From contig CBDHEC010000026.1 in the NCBI GenBank assembly GCA_965261975.1, forward strand, positions 1 through 55,008: a DNA stretch of 55,008 nucleotides, written 5' to 3'. Shown here piece after piece: positions 32,144 through 44,724 of this stretch (position 1 is its first letter; each line of letters opens with the position of its first letter). The notes under the pieces are model-generated. The model saw nothing but the letters and a program-made list of their open reading frames with translations, was not told the origin of the DNA and did no database searches. A program made the position numbers and the translations under genes. This DNA comes from Alphaproteobacteria bacterium. GTDB lineage: Bacteria; Pseudomonadota; Alphaproteobacteria; UBA6615.

Positions 32144-33319
32144 TCAGGCCTGATTTTCGGCGAACAGGTTCAACTGACCGGTGACGCCGGGGGGCGGGGT
32201 GCTTCGCTGGAACCGCTGTGCATCCAGCAGGGTCGGCTCGGTTGAATAACCCTGTTGTCGAACCGCAAGCCGGAAGCGTTCCCGGAGCAGCTTTGCCGTC
32301 TCGCCGCGGCCGCGCATGCGCTCACCAAACCCGCTCTTGTATAACTCGCCGCCGCGCATCTCGCGCAACCGGCTCAGCACGCGCTGTTTTCGATCGGGGT
32401 AATGCATGGCCAACCATTCTTCGAACAAATCCTTCAACTCGAGGGGCAGACGCAGAAGGATGTAGCTGGCATGCGTAGCACCGGCCTGGCGGGCGCGAAT
32501 AAGAATGGCCTCGAGTTCATGGTCGTTCAGGGCCGGGATCATCGGCGCGGCCATGACGGTGACCGGCAGTCCCGCGGCCGCCAGCATCCGGATGGTTTCG
32601 AGACGGCGCTCGGGCCGGGCAGCGCGTGGTTCCATGTTCTGTGCCAGATTGCCGTCCAATGTGGTGACCGAGACCCCGACGGTCGCGAGCCCCTTGGCGG
32701 CCATCGGGGCGAGGATGTCGAGGTCCCGGGTGACCAGCGCGCTTTTCGTTACGATGGAGACGGGGTGGTCGTGGGCAGCGAGAACCTCGAGGATCGAGCG
32801 CGTGATCTTTAGCCGTCGTTCAACGGGCTGATAGGGGTCGGTATTGGTGCCCATGGCGATGGCGCGCGGCTTGTATCCCGGGCGTGCGAGTTCGCGGGTC
32901 AGCAGTTCTGCGGCGTTCGGCTTGGCGAAGAGCTGCGTCTCGAAATCCAGACCGGGCGACAGGCCGAGCCAGGCATGGGTCGGCCGGGCAAAACAATAGA
33001 CGCATCCATGTTCGCAGCCCCGATAGGCGTTGATCGAGCGATCAAAGGGGAGGTCGGGCGAATCGTTCCGCGCGATGATCGTTTTCGTTCGGTCGAACGT
33101 GACGTTCGTGTCGCGCCGCGGGGTCGGGTCTTCGTCGAAATTTTCGCGCCAGCCGTCGTCGGCAGCCTCGGCCCGCAGCCGTTCAAAGCGGCCACTGCGG
33201 TTGGAGACGGCGCCGCGCCCAGGGTGATGGCGATCGGGGATTCGATCCGGCGATCCATTGTGTATGCCGCCCAGATGCTCGGGTTCCGGGGTGATGTGTC
33301 GGTCGATGATCTTGTTCAT
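32144..33319 (-). CDS. PA0069 family radical SAM protein
   Basis: GRGAVSN, NDSPDLPFDRSINAYRGCEHGCVYCFARP and GTNTDPYQP motifs. Confidence 0.93.
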   Translation of the reverse strand: MNKIIDRHITPEPEHLGGIHNGSPDRIPDRHHPGRGAVSNRSGRFERLRAEAADDGWRENFDEDPTPRRDTNVTFDRTKTIIARNDSPDLPFDRSINAYRGCEHGCVYCFARPTHAWLGLSPGLDFETQLFAKPNAAELLTRELARPGYKPRAIAMGTNTDPYQPVERRLKITRSILEVLAAHDHPVSIVTKSALVTRDLDILAPMAAKGLATVGVSVTTLDGNLAQNMEPRAARPERRLETIRMLAAAGLPVTVMAAPMIPALNDHELEAILIRARQAGATHASYILLRLPLELKDLFEEWLAMHYPDRKQRVLSRLREMRGGELYKSGFGERMRGRGETAKLLRERFRLAVRQQGYSTEPTLLDAQRFQRSTPPPGVTGQLNLFAENQA

Positions 33320-33342
33320 GCATCAATGATAGGATGCAAAAA

Positions 33343-33357
33343 GAACAAAACAAGAAC
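33343..33357 (-). promoter_or_regulatory. Alphaproteobacterial LexA (SOS) box
   Basis: GTTC-TTGTTTT-GTTC on the minus strand (GAAC-N7-GAAC on plus), about 24 nt upstream of the radical SAM ATG. Confidence 0.8.
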
Positions 33358-33408
33358 TTTTAGCCGAATGCAGGCGAGTATCAAGAATTCGTATTAAAAA
33401 TCAGTGGG

Positions 33409-34437
33409 TTAACCGGTGTCCGTGAGCCAGTCACGGCGTATCTCCGCGACGGTTCTCGACTCAAAACAACGGGCCACATGAGCGCGGATGTGCGCTGACA
33501 TACGCGAATCGCGCATGGCCGCGTGATCCGTATCAGACCATTCGGCCCGCCAGCGTGCGAACCAGGTGATGGTGCGCAGCCATGTGAGCCGGCGCAACGG
33601 CAGGAGCCACGGTTCGAGTTCGGCGGCCCGTTCCCGGCCAACCAGATCGAGATAGTGGCGGTAGAAGTTCTCGACGTCCGCGGCGGACGGATCGCCCTGG
33701 CAATCCGGGTCCCACCCGGTGGATGTCAACAGCGTGACATGCGCCAGGTCGATCGGGACGGCGCCATATAATGTCTTTTCGAGATCGACAAACCAGGCCT
33801 TGCCATTTTCGTCGATCAAAAAATTGCCCGGGTGCGCGTCCGTGCAGACCAGACAGCGCGCGAAGTCGGGTTCGCCCTGGCCGGCGAAGCCGCGGGCCCA
33901 TTCGAGGTCCTCGCGAATATCCGCGACCGTCTCGGCCGGGATGTTTGCCGCGGCCAGGAAGGCCGCCTGTTCCTCGATTGTCTGAAGGGTCGAGGATACG
34001 GGATTGCGGTGGACCTGAAGTGGCGGGAGTTGATCGTCGGCGGGAACCGGCAGGCTGTGAATCGCGGCCAGCGCGTCGGCGATTGCGGTCAGGTCGCCTG
34101 GCAGGTGGGGGGCCCGCCCGGCGATTTCCTCGACGAGCAAGGCACCACGCGGGAGCGCCTCATCGGGCGATATTACGGCGATACAGCGCGGCGTGTGCCC
34201 GCTGGCGGCGGCGCGTTCAAAAGCGGCGGCCTGGTAGGCGAGTGCGGTCTCGGCGCGTTGGCCCCATTGGTTCATGCGGGGGATGCGCAGCACCAACCCG
34301 GCATCGGCCAACCGCCAGTGATCATGTGAAACGCCCTTGGTCGAGAGGACCGACAGATCATCACCGGTCATCTCCGGGGCATGCCCGGATTGCCGCAATC
34401 GTCTGGCAATTGCGTCGGGATCGAGTTCGTCCGTCAT
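33409..34437 (-). CDS. Aminoglycoside phosphotransferase-like kinase
   Basis: KGVSHDHW, LAAIH, Brenner-like DAHPGNF and VDLEK. Confidence 0.8.
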   Translation of the reverse strand: MTDELDPDAIARRLRQSGHAPEMTGDDLSVLSTKGVSHDHWRLADAGLVLRIPRMNQWGQRAETALAYQAAAFERAAASGHTPRCIAVISPDEALPRGALLVEEIAGRAPHLPGDLTAIADALAAIHSLPVPADDQLPPLQVHRNPVSSTLQTIEEQAAFLAAANIPAETVADIREDLEWARGFAGQGEPDFARCLVCTDAHPGNFLIDENGKAWFVDLEKTLYGAVPIDLAHVTLLTSTGWDPDCQGDPSAADVENFYRHYLDLVGRERAAELEPWLLPLRRLTWLRTITWFARWRAEWSDTDHAAMRDSRMSAHIRAHVARCFESRTVAEIRRDWLTDTG

Positions 34438-34441
34438 GACG

Positions 34442-35008
34442 CTAGAGCGGTTCGCGGCCTTCATGCTCGCGCAAACGAGGCAACAACTCGGCGAAGTTGC
34501 ACGGCTTGTGTCGAATATCGAGTTGGTCCTTGAGGATCTCGTCCCAGCCGTCGCGGCACGCGCCGGGTGAACCCGGCAACACGAATATATACGTACCCGT
34601 CAGCACCCCGGCATCGGCGCGTGACTGGACCGTGGACGTTCCTATTTTCTGGAAACTGATCCAGCGAAACAGTTCGCCAAATCCGTCGATCCGCTTCTCC
34701 GCCACATCGGCGAGCGCCTCGGGGGTAATGTCATTTCCTGTTACGCCGGTACCCCCGGTCGAGATGATGACTTCGATCTCCGGGTCGGCGGCCCATTCAC
34801 GGAATTGTCCCGCGATCGCCGCCCGGTCGTCCTTTACGATCGCGCGGTTGGCCAGCACATGTCCGGCGGTCTGCAGGCGTTCGCACAACGTATCGCCGGA
34901 TTTGTCGTCATCCAGTTCGCGGGTGTCGGAGATCGTCAGGATCGCTATGCGTACCGGCTTGAACTCCGGGTCGGGCTCAGTCACCGGGGTTGGAGTCCTG
35001 CGGCTCAT
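34442..35008 (-). CDS. moaB: Molybdenum cofactor biosynthesis protein B
   Basis: LTISDTR, DDKSG, TGGTG, GTSTVQSRA, LPGSPGAC and KPCNF motifs. Confidence 0.96.
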   Translation of the reverse strand: MSRRTPTPVTEPDPEFKPVRIAILTISDTRELDDDKSGDTLCERLQTAGHVLANRAIVKDDRAAIAGQFREWAADPEIEVIISTGGTGVTGNDITPEALADVAEKRIDGFGELFRWISFQKIGTSTVQSRADAGVLTGTYIFVLPGSPGACRDGWDEILKDQLDIRHKPCNFAELLPRLREHEGREPL

Positions 35009-36761
35009 ATCGTGGCCAGCGGCCCGCGACGATATCGTCGAGGGAGGGAGATTCTTGTCCCAACCTGTCGCGGTAGATCCAGAGATTGGTCAGGATGCGC
35101 TCGACGAAGGCACGTGTCTCGCGCGACGGCAGGCTTTCGATGAAAAGTAGAGGGTCGTCGCCATGGGGCACGTTGCGTTCCCATTTGCGCAAATTGCCCG
35201 GTCCCGCGTTATACGCCGTGGCCGTCCGGAACAGGTCGTCCTTGATGCCGCGTTCGGACATAAGCAACTCGATATATTGCTGGCCGAGCGCAAGATTGAA
35301 CTCGGGATCGAAGAGTTTGTATTTTCCGCGACCGCGCAACGCACTTTCGCGAGCGACGTAGCTGGCGGTCCGCGGCATCAGCTGCATCAGACCCCGCGCA
35401 CCGGCATGGCTCTTGGCGCGACGATTGAAGGCCGATTCCTGCCGCACGAATGCGAAAACGAGCGCCTTGTCGACGGCGTAGCCGTCGGCGGGCGTCCAAT
35501 CCGGCACCGGGTAGGCGGCGGCCAGCTTCGCCTGTTGTTCGGCGAAACCCGACAGCTTCAGCGATACCGCCGGCAGATTCGCGTTGGCCGCGAGCGCGAG
35601 CACGTCGGGAAGCAGGGCCGGTTGCGCGGCGGCGAGATTGAGCAGTTCGAGTTCGGCGCCATGTTCCTGGCCGACCTGCAACAGGGCAATGGCGCGTCCG
35701 CCGATCCGGGTGTCGGCGATGTCGCGGAAGTCACCGAAATGAAGGTCCGGTTTCTTCCATCCGAATTCGTCCGTGACGCCCAGCGCACGTCGCGACAGCA
35801 AGCCATAGAAATGCCGTTCATGAACCGCGCCGATTTCCAGGAATGCCGTGACCCTATCCGGATGTCCATTGCTGAGTGCCGCGCGTGCTGCCCAGAAACC
35901 GCCCGCCGAGACGAGTGAATCCGCCGCGCGCGGCGATTGCGCCAGGGTTGAGAAGAGGGTCTCGGCATCCTGGGTTTTACCCAGGCGCCAGGCGGCCAAT
36001 CCGCCCCACCAATAGGCCAGCGGGGCAGCACCCGGGGCGACGACGTCGGCCGCCCACGCCGCGCTGAGCGCGGCGTCATCCTTGCCGGCGCGGAAATAGC
36101 CGCGCGCGATGTCACGCCACACCTGTGCGATCTGGACGTTGTTGAGTAGCCGTTGGGTCGCGCGTTGTTCGAGGAGCTGCTTGGCACCTGTTGGCCAACC
36201 ACGCGAAACGCGCCGGCGCATATCGCTCTGGAGATTTCGGCCCTGGCGCGATGATGCGCGCGTATAGAGCGGCCGGCCTTCCGACGCCTTGCGCACGGCC
36301 TCGCCGCTGATCGCCAGGGTGTTTGTGATCGGTGCCTGGGCGGCGCGCGCGCCCTTCGGCTGGCGCAACACCGCGAGACGGTGGATGCGCCGCGCTTGCG
36401 GGTGGTCGGCATGCGCCGCCATCCAGGCGCGCAATTCGGTGAAGCGGGATCGGTATTTCGTCGGGTGCAGATAACGCTGGGCGTCGACATGGCCCATCAG
36501 GCGTCGGTCCTGGATCCGCGAGATGATCGCGTTTGCGGCCTTCCAGTCGCCGGTTTCCTGTAAGTCAAACACCCGCTTGTAGCGCGCGGTGTCCGCGGTG
36601 GACAGCACACCCTCGACGGAACCAATGCCTGGAATCGTCATTATTCCTGGCCCAACCAGAGCGGTCTCGAGGGGGCGCGGCTTGGGCTGCTGGGCCTGCG
36701 CGACGCCCGTCCAGGCGAGCAGGGCGGCGGCGGCCAGAGAGATGACGACCCGATAATTCAA
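34977..36761 (-). CDS. Lytic murein transglycosylase (Slt-like)
   Basis: Signal peptide; C-terminal SLT domain with RQESAF, GLMQL, AYNAG and ETRAFV; start uncertain (TTG at 36761 chosen). Confidence 0.9.
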   Translation of the reverse strand: MNYRVVISLAAAALLAWTGVAQAQQPKPRPLETALVGPGIMTIPGIGSVEGVLSTADTARYKRVFDLQETGDWKAANAIISRIQDRRLMGHVDAQRYLHPTKYRSRFTELRAWMAAHADHPQARRIHRLAVLRQPKGARAAQAPITNTLAISGEAVRKASEGRPLYTRASSRQGRNLQSDMRRRVSRGWPTGAKQLLEQRATQRLLNNVQIAQVWRDIARGYFRAGKDDAALSAAWAADVVAPGAAPLAYWWGGLAAWRLGKTQDAETLFSTLAQSPRAADSLVSAGGFWAARAALSNGHPDRVTAFLEIGAVHERHFYGLLSRRALGVTDEFGWKKPDLHFGDFRDIADTRIGGRAIALLQVGQEHGAELELLNLAAAQPALLPDVLALAANANLPAVSLKLSGFAEQQAKLAAAYPVPDWTPADGYAVDKALVFAFVRQESAFNRRAKSHAGARGLMQLMPRTASYVARESALRGRGKYKLFDPEFNLALGQQYIELLMSERGIKDDLFRTATAYNAGPGNLRKWERNVPHGDDPLLFIESLPSRETRAFVERILTNLWIYRDRLGQESPSLDDIVAGRWPRYEPQDSNPGD

Positions 36762-36849
36762 GATGCTACCGTCTCCGTTGAAAGGAAGGGCATACATACA
36801 ACCCGGTCGGCGCTTCCGGCAAGTTTCCGCGGCGCGCATTCACAATTCG

Positions 36850-37737
36850 TTAACGTTCGTGAACCGCCGCGGCCTCGTCCAGTTTTTCCCGCACGGCGAT
36901 CAGATCGAGCCATGCGGCGCGTTTTTGCGCCGGTTGGCGAAGCAGATAGGCGGGGTGGAGGGTTGCCATCGCGGGAATGGGTGCCTGGCCCGCGGCTTCC
37001 ATCGCCGGCGAGGCGTAGTCGTACCATTTGCCGCGAAGCCGGGTGATGCCTTCGGTGCGATTCAGAAGTGTCTTGGCCGAGGTGCCGCCGAGGAAAACCA
37101 GGAGCCGCGGTGCGACCAGCGCGATGTGGCGTTCGAGGAAGGGCAGGCAGGCTGCGATCTCGGCGCTTGTCGGTTGCCGGTTTCCCGGGGGGCGCCACGG
37201 CAGGATGTTGGTGATGTAGACATTCGTGTCGCGTCCCAGATCGAGGAAGCCAAGCATCCCGTCGAGGAGTTGTCCGCTGGCACCTACAAAAGGGGTGCCG
37301 TCCCGGTCCTCGTCGCGGCCGGGCGCCTCGCCCACAAGCATGATATCGGCGTCTGGCGCACCGGTGCCGAACACCAGGTTCGTCGCCGTCGCCTTCAGGG
37401 GACAGCCGTCAAATGCCGCAAGCGCGGTTTTCAGGGCGGCCAGGTCTTCGCAACCGGCGGCGAGATCGCGCGCGGTTTCGTTAACGGCATCGGCCGGCTC
37501 CAATCGGGGCGGCGCCGGGCTTGCCGGTGGCGCCTCGGGAGATGCCGCTGGCGGTGTCGCCTCGACGGGCGCGGCGACCGGGGCTGCATTTGCCGCCGCG
37601 GGGTCGGGTTTGGGTTTTGGCGGCGTGGCGGCGAAATGGTCAATCGGGGTTTCGACGATGGCTTCGTCCGCACCCGCCTCGACCTGCCAGCGCAGAGCTG
37701 CTGCCAGTTCCTGGCGCGTATCGAGTGCGTCGCTCAT
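36850..37737 (-). CDS. udg: Uracil-DNA glycosylase family 4
   Basis: [20 protein letters not shown] and HPAYLLR motifs. Confidence 0.95.
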   Translation of the reverse strand: MSDALDTRQELAAALRWQVEAGADEAIVETPIDHFAATPPKPKPDPAAANAAPVAAPVEATPPAASPEAPPASPAPPRLEPADAVNETARDLAAGCEDLAALKTALAAFDGCPLKATATNLVFGTGAPDADIMLVGEAPGRDEDRDGTPFVGASGQLLDGMLGFLDLGRDTNVYITNILPWRPPGNRQPTSAEIAACLPFLERHIALVAPRLLVFLGGTSAKTLLNRTEGITRLRGKWYDYASPAMEAAGQAPIPAMATLHPAYLLRQPAQKRAAWLDLIAVREKLDEAAAVHER

Positions 37738-37885
37738 TTTTGTTCACCACGCAGATCAGGCACGTTTCGTCCGCTAGCCGCGGCAAACGTTCGGTAGTTG
37801 AGAGCGTTGCAATCGCCCGGTTGTGATTCGCGATGGGTCATGGTTCTTTGACGATAGAGCATATCTGGTCGTGGAGATTCTTAAC

Positions 37886-39550
37886 ATGAGCGAGCAAGCC
37901 GCCGAACGTGAATCGATGGCCTATGACGTGGTGATCGTGGGGGCCGGGCCATCGGGCCTGGCTGCCGCGATTCAGCTAAAGCAACGCGCCGCCGAAGCGG
38001 ATGCCGAGATCGGTGTCTGCGTGCTGGAAAAGGGCTCGGAAGTGGGCGCCCACATCCTCTCGGGCGCGGTGCTCGAGACCCGCGCGCTCGATGAACTGAT
38101 TCCCGACTGGCGCGACCGGGAGGCGCCGATCAACACGCCGGTCAGTGACGAGAAGTTCCTGTTCCTGCGCGAGACCGGAGCGACGTCGATCCCGACGGGC
38201 CTGTTGCCGCCGGCGCTGAAGAATCACGGCAATCACATCATCTCGCTCGGCAACCTGTGCCGTTGGCTCGGCGAGCAGGCCGAAGCGCTGGGCGTTGAGA
38301 TCTATCCGGGCTTTGCCGCTTCGGAGGTCCTGTTCGACGACGATGGCGCGGTGCGCGGCGTTGCGACCGGCGATATGGGTATCGGTGTCGATGGCGAGCC
38401 CACGGCCAACTACACGCAAGGCATCGAGCTGCACGCGCGCTACACCTTTTTTGCCGAAGGTTGCCGCGGCCAACTGGGTCGCCAGTTGATGGAGCGGTTC
38501 GATCTGCGGGCCAGTGTCGAGGCCCAGACCTACGGGATCGGCATCAAGGAGCTGTGGGAAGTTGACCCGGCGCAGCATAAGCCCGGCCTCGTGATGCACA
38601 CCGCGGGCTGGCCGCTGGATACGAAGACCTATGGCGGCTCGTTTCTCTATCATCTGGAGGACAACCAGGTGGCGGTCGGTTATGTCATCGGGCTCGACTA
38701 CAAGAATCCGTATCTGTCGCCGTTCGATGAATTTCAGAGGTTTAAAACCCACCCGTCGGTGCGTTCCGTCTTCGAGGGCGGCAAACGCATTTCCTATGGC
38801 GCGCGGGCGCTGAATGAGGGTGGGGTGCAGTCATTGCCGGAAATGGTGTTCCCCGGAGGCGCACTGATCGGGTGCGAGGCCGGCACATTGAATGTGCCGA
38901 AGATCAAGGGCACCCACACGGCGATGAAATCGGGAATGCTCGCGGCGGATGCGGCCTTCGATGCCCTGACCGGAGACGACGCCCCGCCGTCGTTGCTTGC
39001 AGGGTTCACCGCGGCGTTCAAGGCATCATGGGCCTATGCGGAACTCAGGAAGGCCCGAAACTTCCGCCCGTCCTTCAAATTCGGCCTGTTCATGGGGACA
39101 TTGTTGTCGGGCCTTGATCAGGTTGTGCTCCGAGGTCACGCGCCATGGACCCTCAAACACGGGCATGCCGATCACGAGACACTGGAACCGAAGACCAGGC
39201 ACACGCCGATCGATTATCCGAAGCCCGACGGTGAGGTTAGTTTCGACAAGCTCTCATCGGTGTTCATCTCGAACACCAACCATGAGGAAAACCAGCCCGC
39301 GCATCTGACCCTGAAAGACCCGGACGTACCGATCACGGTCAACCTGGAACTCTATGATGCACCGGAGCAGCGCTTCTGCCCGGCTTCTGTCTATGAAATC
39401 CTGACAGACGATGACGGCGGGAATCCTCGCTTGCAGATCAACGCCCAGAACTGCGTTCACTGCAAAACCTGCGACATCAAGGATCCGACCCAAAATATCG
39501 TCTGGGTTGCGCCAGAGGGTGGCGGCGGGCCGAATTATCCCAATATGTAA
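37886..39550 (+). CDS. Electron transfer flavoprotein-ubiquinone oxidoreductase
   Basis: GAGPSG FAD motif, EKGSEVGAHILSGA, KIKGTH and CP...NCVHCKTCDIKDP Fe-S motif. Confidence 0.97.
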   Translation: MSEQAAERESMAYDVVIVGAGPSGLAAAIQLKQRAAEADAEIGVCVLEKGSEVGAHILSGAVLETRALDELIPDWRDREAPINTPVSDEKFLFLRETGATSIPTGLLPPALKNHGNHIISLGNLCRWLGEQAEALGVEIYPGFAASEVLFDDDGAVRGVATGDMGIGVDGEPTANYTQGIELHARYTFFAEGCRGQLGRQLMERFDLRASVEAQTYGIGIKELWEVDPAQHKPGLVMHTAGWPLDTKTYGGSFLYHLEDNQVAVGYVIGLDYKNPYLSPFDEFQRFKTHPSVRSVFEGGKRISYGARALNEGGVQSLPEMVFPGGALIGCEAGTLNVPKIKGTHTAMKSGMLAADAAFDALTGDDAPPSLLAGFTAAFKASWAYAELRKARNFRPSFKFGLFMGTLLSGLDQVVLRGHAPWTLKHGHADHETLEPKTRHTPIDYPKPDGEVSFDKLSSVFISNTNHEENQPAHLTLKDPDVPITVNLELYDAPEQRFCPASVYEILTDDDGGNPRLQINAQNCVHCKTCDIKDPTQNIVWVAPEGGGGPNYPNM

Positions 39551-39663
39551 ACGACGTTCGGGTCACAACAAGTTGTGACAACCTGATCGTCTGGTCCGGC
39601 TAGATTCGACATGGCTTCGGGACAGGCATACATATTTTGGATCGGTTCGGAAAAGTGGTGCTC

Positions 39664-41418
39664 ATGAATATCTCCCTCTCGGCTGGCCTGACGCTCGCGG
39701 CACTGCTCGGTGCCTCTGTACTGACGGCGGAGGCAGCGACATCCAGCCGTTCCGGGCCACCGGGTCTGCAAGCCGATATCAACGGTGATCCGTTTGATGC
39801 CGGCTTGTCGGTTTCCGGGCGTTTCCTGGCCGCCCGGCACGCCGAATCCGTCGGCAATCTGGTGGCGGCGGCCGATTTGACGGCGGGTGTTCTCAACGAG
39901 GTTCCAAACAGCGAACTCATGCGCCGCCGCGCCCATCTGGTGATGGTCGGCGCAGGACGTTTCGATGATGCGGCGGCGATCGCCGATGAACTGATCGCCA
40001 CGCGATCCGAGGACCCTCTGATCGTCTACACGCTGGTCGTGCGCGCCGCGCAGCAGGGCGACCACGCCAGGTCCCTGGCGCTGCTTGAGGCCATTCCCGA
40101 ATCCGGAGTGAACGGCATTATCGCGCCATTGCTCAAGGCATGGTCTCATGCGGGTTTGGGAGAGCTCCCGGACGGCCTCGCTGTGCTTGACGCCATGGCA
40201 CAAAATGCGGGGCTCGGGCCGCTTGCCGGTTTTCATCAGGCATTGATCGCCGATATTGGGGGCGACACTGCGGCCGCGGAAGCGGCGTTCAGGCGAACAC
40301 TTGCGGCATCCGCGGATCGGCCGTCGCTTCAGCTTGTCGATGCATTTGCACGTTTTCTTGTTCGCAACGGCAAGCCCGAGGAAGCCAAGATTCTGGTCGC
40401 CGACTTTGTCGCGCGCAATCCGCAAACATTGCTGATTAGACCGACCCTTGACGTGGTTGAAGGACGTGCTGAGCCGGAGCGGATTATCCGAGATGTTCGC
40501 ACGGGCGTGTCGGAGGTGTTTCGGAACGTTTCGAGCTTGCTGAACCGGGAGCAACTGCGGAGCGAAGCATTGCTCTTTATCCGCATGGCGCTCGACCTGG
40601 CGCCCGATGATGCGGCGGCCAAGTTCTCGCTGGCGCAGCTTCTCGAGGCGCGCGAACGCGCCGATCTCGCGATTGAGGTCTATGAAGAGGTCGACCCGCG
40701 TTCGCCCTATGGCTGGTACGCCCGGCTCGGGGTCGCCGATGCGCTGCATGCCCGCGGCATGAGCGACGACGCCATTCGTTTGCTGCGCGGCATGTCCTCC
40801 GAACGCCCCGAACGCGCCGATGCGGCACGCGCGATGGCTGACCTGTTGCGGGTGACGGAGCGTTTCGATGAGGCGGTGAGGGCCTATGATCTGGCGATCG
40901 AGCGCCTGGGCCGTGAACCCGATTGGGGGTTGCTGTACACGCGTGGGATCGCGCTGGAGCGCGCCAAGCGCTGGGACCGGGCGGAAGAGGATTTCCTGAA
41001 CGCCCTCGAGAAGTCTCCGGACCAACCGCTGGTTCTGAATTATCTTGGCTACAGCTGGGTCGAGCAGGGGGTGCAGCTTGAGCGCGCCCGCAAGATGATC
41101 GAAACGGCCGTCGAGAAGCGCCCGCGCGACGGATACATCACAGATTCACTCGGCTGGGTTCTCTACCGTCTCGGGGATTTCGAGAATGCGGTTGTTCATC
41201 TTGAACGCGCCGTAGCCCTGGAGCCGGGCGATCCGGTGATCAATGATCACCTGGGAGACGCCTATTGGGTAGTTGGGCGCAAGCTTGAGGCTCGCTTCCA
41301 ATGGCTGCGGTCGCTTTCCCTGGAGCCGGATCGCGAGGTCGAAGCCGAGCTTCGCCAGAAGCTGGACGGCAAGAAAGTTCCCAAGCCGTTGCCTCCGGGC
41401 AAGAAGGGCGGCCTTTAG
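39664..41418 (+). CDS. Exported tetratricopeptide repeat protein
   Basis: Signal peptide; TPR motifs VLNYLGYSW, ITDSLGWVLY and NDHLGDAYW; conserved position upstream of ispE. Confidence 0.92.
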   Translation: MNISLSAGLTLAALLGASVLTAEAATSSRSGPPGLQADINGDPFDAGLSVSGRFLAARHAESVGNLVAAADLTAGVLNEVPNSELMRRRAHLVMVGAGRFDDAAAIADELIATRSEDPLIVYTLVVRAAQQGDHARSLALLEAIPESGVNGIIAPLLKAWSHAGLGELPDGLAVLDAMAQNAGLGPLAGFHQALIADIGGDTAAAEAAFRRTLAASADRPSLQLVDAFARFLVRNGKPEEAKILVADFVARNPQTLLIRPTLDVVEGRAEPERIIRDVRTGVSEVFRNVSSLLNREQLRSEALLFIRMALDLAPDDAAAKFSLAQLLEARERADLAIEVYEEVDPRSPYGWYARLGVADALHARGMSDDAIRLLRGMSSERPERADAARAMADLLRVTERFDEAVRAYDLAIERLGREPDWGLLYTRGIALERAKRWDRAEEDFLNALEKSPDQPLVLNYLGYSWVEQGVQLERARKMIETAVEKRPRDGYITDSLGWVLYRLGDFENAVVHLERAVALEPGDPVINDHLGDAYWVVGRKLEARFQWLRSLSLEPDREVEAELRQKLDGKKVPKPLPPGKKGGL

Positions 41419-41422
41419 AGGC

Positions 41423-42328
41423 GTGGCGGGGGTCGCTGACACGGCGTCTGGAGCAGCGCGGCGGTGCGAGGACGCGCCGGCGAAGTTAAACCTGTTTTTG
41501 CATGTTGGCGCCCGCAGGGCCGATGGCTATCACGCGCTTGAAAGCCTGGTCGTGTTTCTGGAGCTGGGCGATCGATTGCGCCTGGAGCCTGCGCAGGGTT
41601 TCGAACTTGTCCGCACCGGCCCTTATGCGGCAGCCCTGCCGAACCGTCCGGATGAAGATCTGACCGCGCGGGCCATTACCGGTCTGGCGGAGATATTTGG
41701 GCACAGGCCTGACTTCACGGTTACCCTTGAGAAAAATATTCCCGTGGCCGCCGGCCTGGGCGGCGGATCGGCCGACGCGGCGGCGGCGATTCGCCTGCTT
41801 TGCCGTGAATGGGATGTTGACCCCAGCGACATGCGGGTACGTGACCTGGCGCAAGCGCTGGGAGCCGACGTCCCGATGTGTCTGCAAAGCCGGCCGGCCT
41901 GGATCGCGGGCCTGGGTGAACAGGTCACCCCGGTCGACGATTGCGCGGAACTCCATCTTCTGTTGGTTAATCCGCGCGTCCCGCTGAGCACGGCGCAAGT
42001 GTTCGGTGCCTATGCCCCGGGCGAAGCCATGGCGGCTGATTCTTCGCGCGCCGACCTGGCAACGACGGCGTCGGTTCTCGCCTTTCTCGAACATCAGCGC
42101 AATGACCTGGCCGCCCCTGCCGAGATGCTCTGCCCGGTGATTTCCGATGTACAGCGGGGACTCGCGCAATCGGGTGAATGCGGCCTCGTACGGATGAGCG
42201 GCAGCGGGCCGACCTGCTTTGCAATTTTCGATGACGGGGAAACATGCGATCTCGCCGAACGTGAACTCGGCGTGCGGCACCCGGATTGGTGGGTGTCCTC
42301 GACACGGACAAAACACAAGAACCTGTAA
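41423..42328 (+). CDS. ispE: 4-diphosphocytidyl-2-C-methyl-D-erythritol kinase
   Basis: APAKLNLFLHV, DGYH, KNIPVAAGLGGGSADAAA, LGADVP and MSGSGPTCF motifs. Confidence 0.96.
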   Translation: MAGVADTASGAARRCEDAPAKLNLFLHVGARRADGYHALESLVVFLELGDRLRLEPAQGFELVRTGPYAAALPNRPDEDLTARAITGLAEIFGHRPDFTVTLEKNIPVAAGLGGGSADAAAAIRLLCREWDVDPSDMRVRDLAQALGADVPMCLQSRPAWIAGLGEQVTPVDDCAELHLLLVNPRVPLSTAQVFGAYAPGEAMAADSSRADLATTASVLAFLEHQRNDLAAPAEMLCPVISDVQRGLAQSGECGLVRMSGSGPTCFAIFDDGETCDLAERELGVRHPDWWVSSTRTKHKNL

Positions 42329-42351
42329 ATCCGGACGGGGTGTCGTCCGAC

Positions 42352-44583
<2,232 letters not shown>

Positions 44584-44724
44584 GGTCTGTTTGTCGGGAT
44601 TAGTGTTCGTTGGTGCCGATCGTAGTTTGGACCCAGGCCCGCTCTTGCTTCTTCAATTCAATGTGACGCAACCGCGTGCCGGGCCCGGGGAGATTGTGCC
44701 GAAAGACGCCGGGCAGAAACCGGT

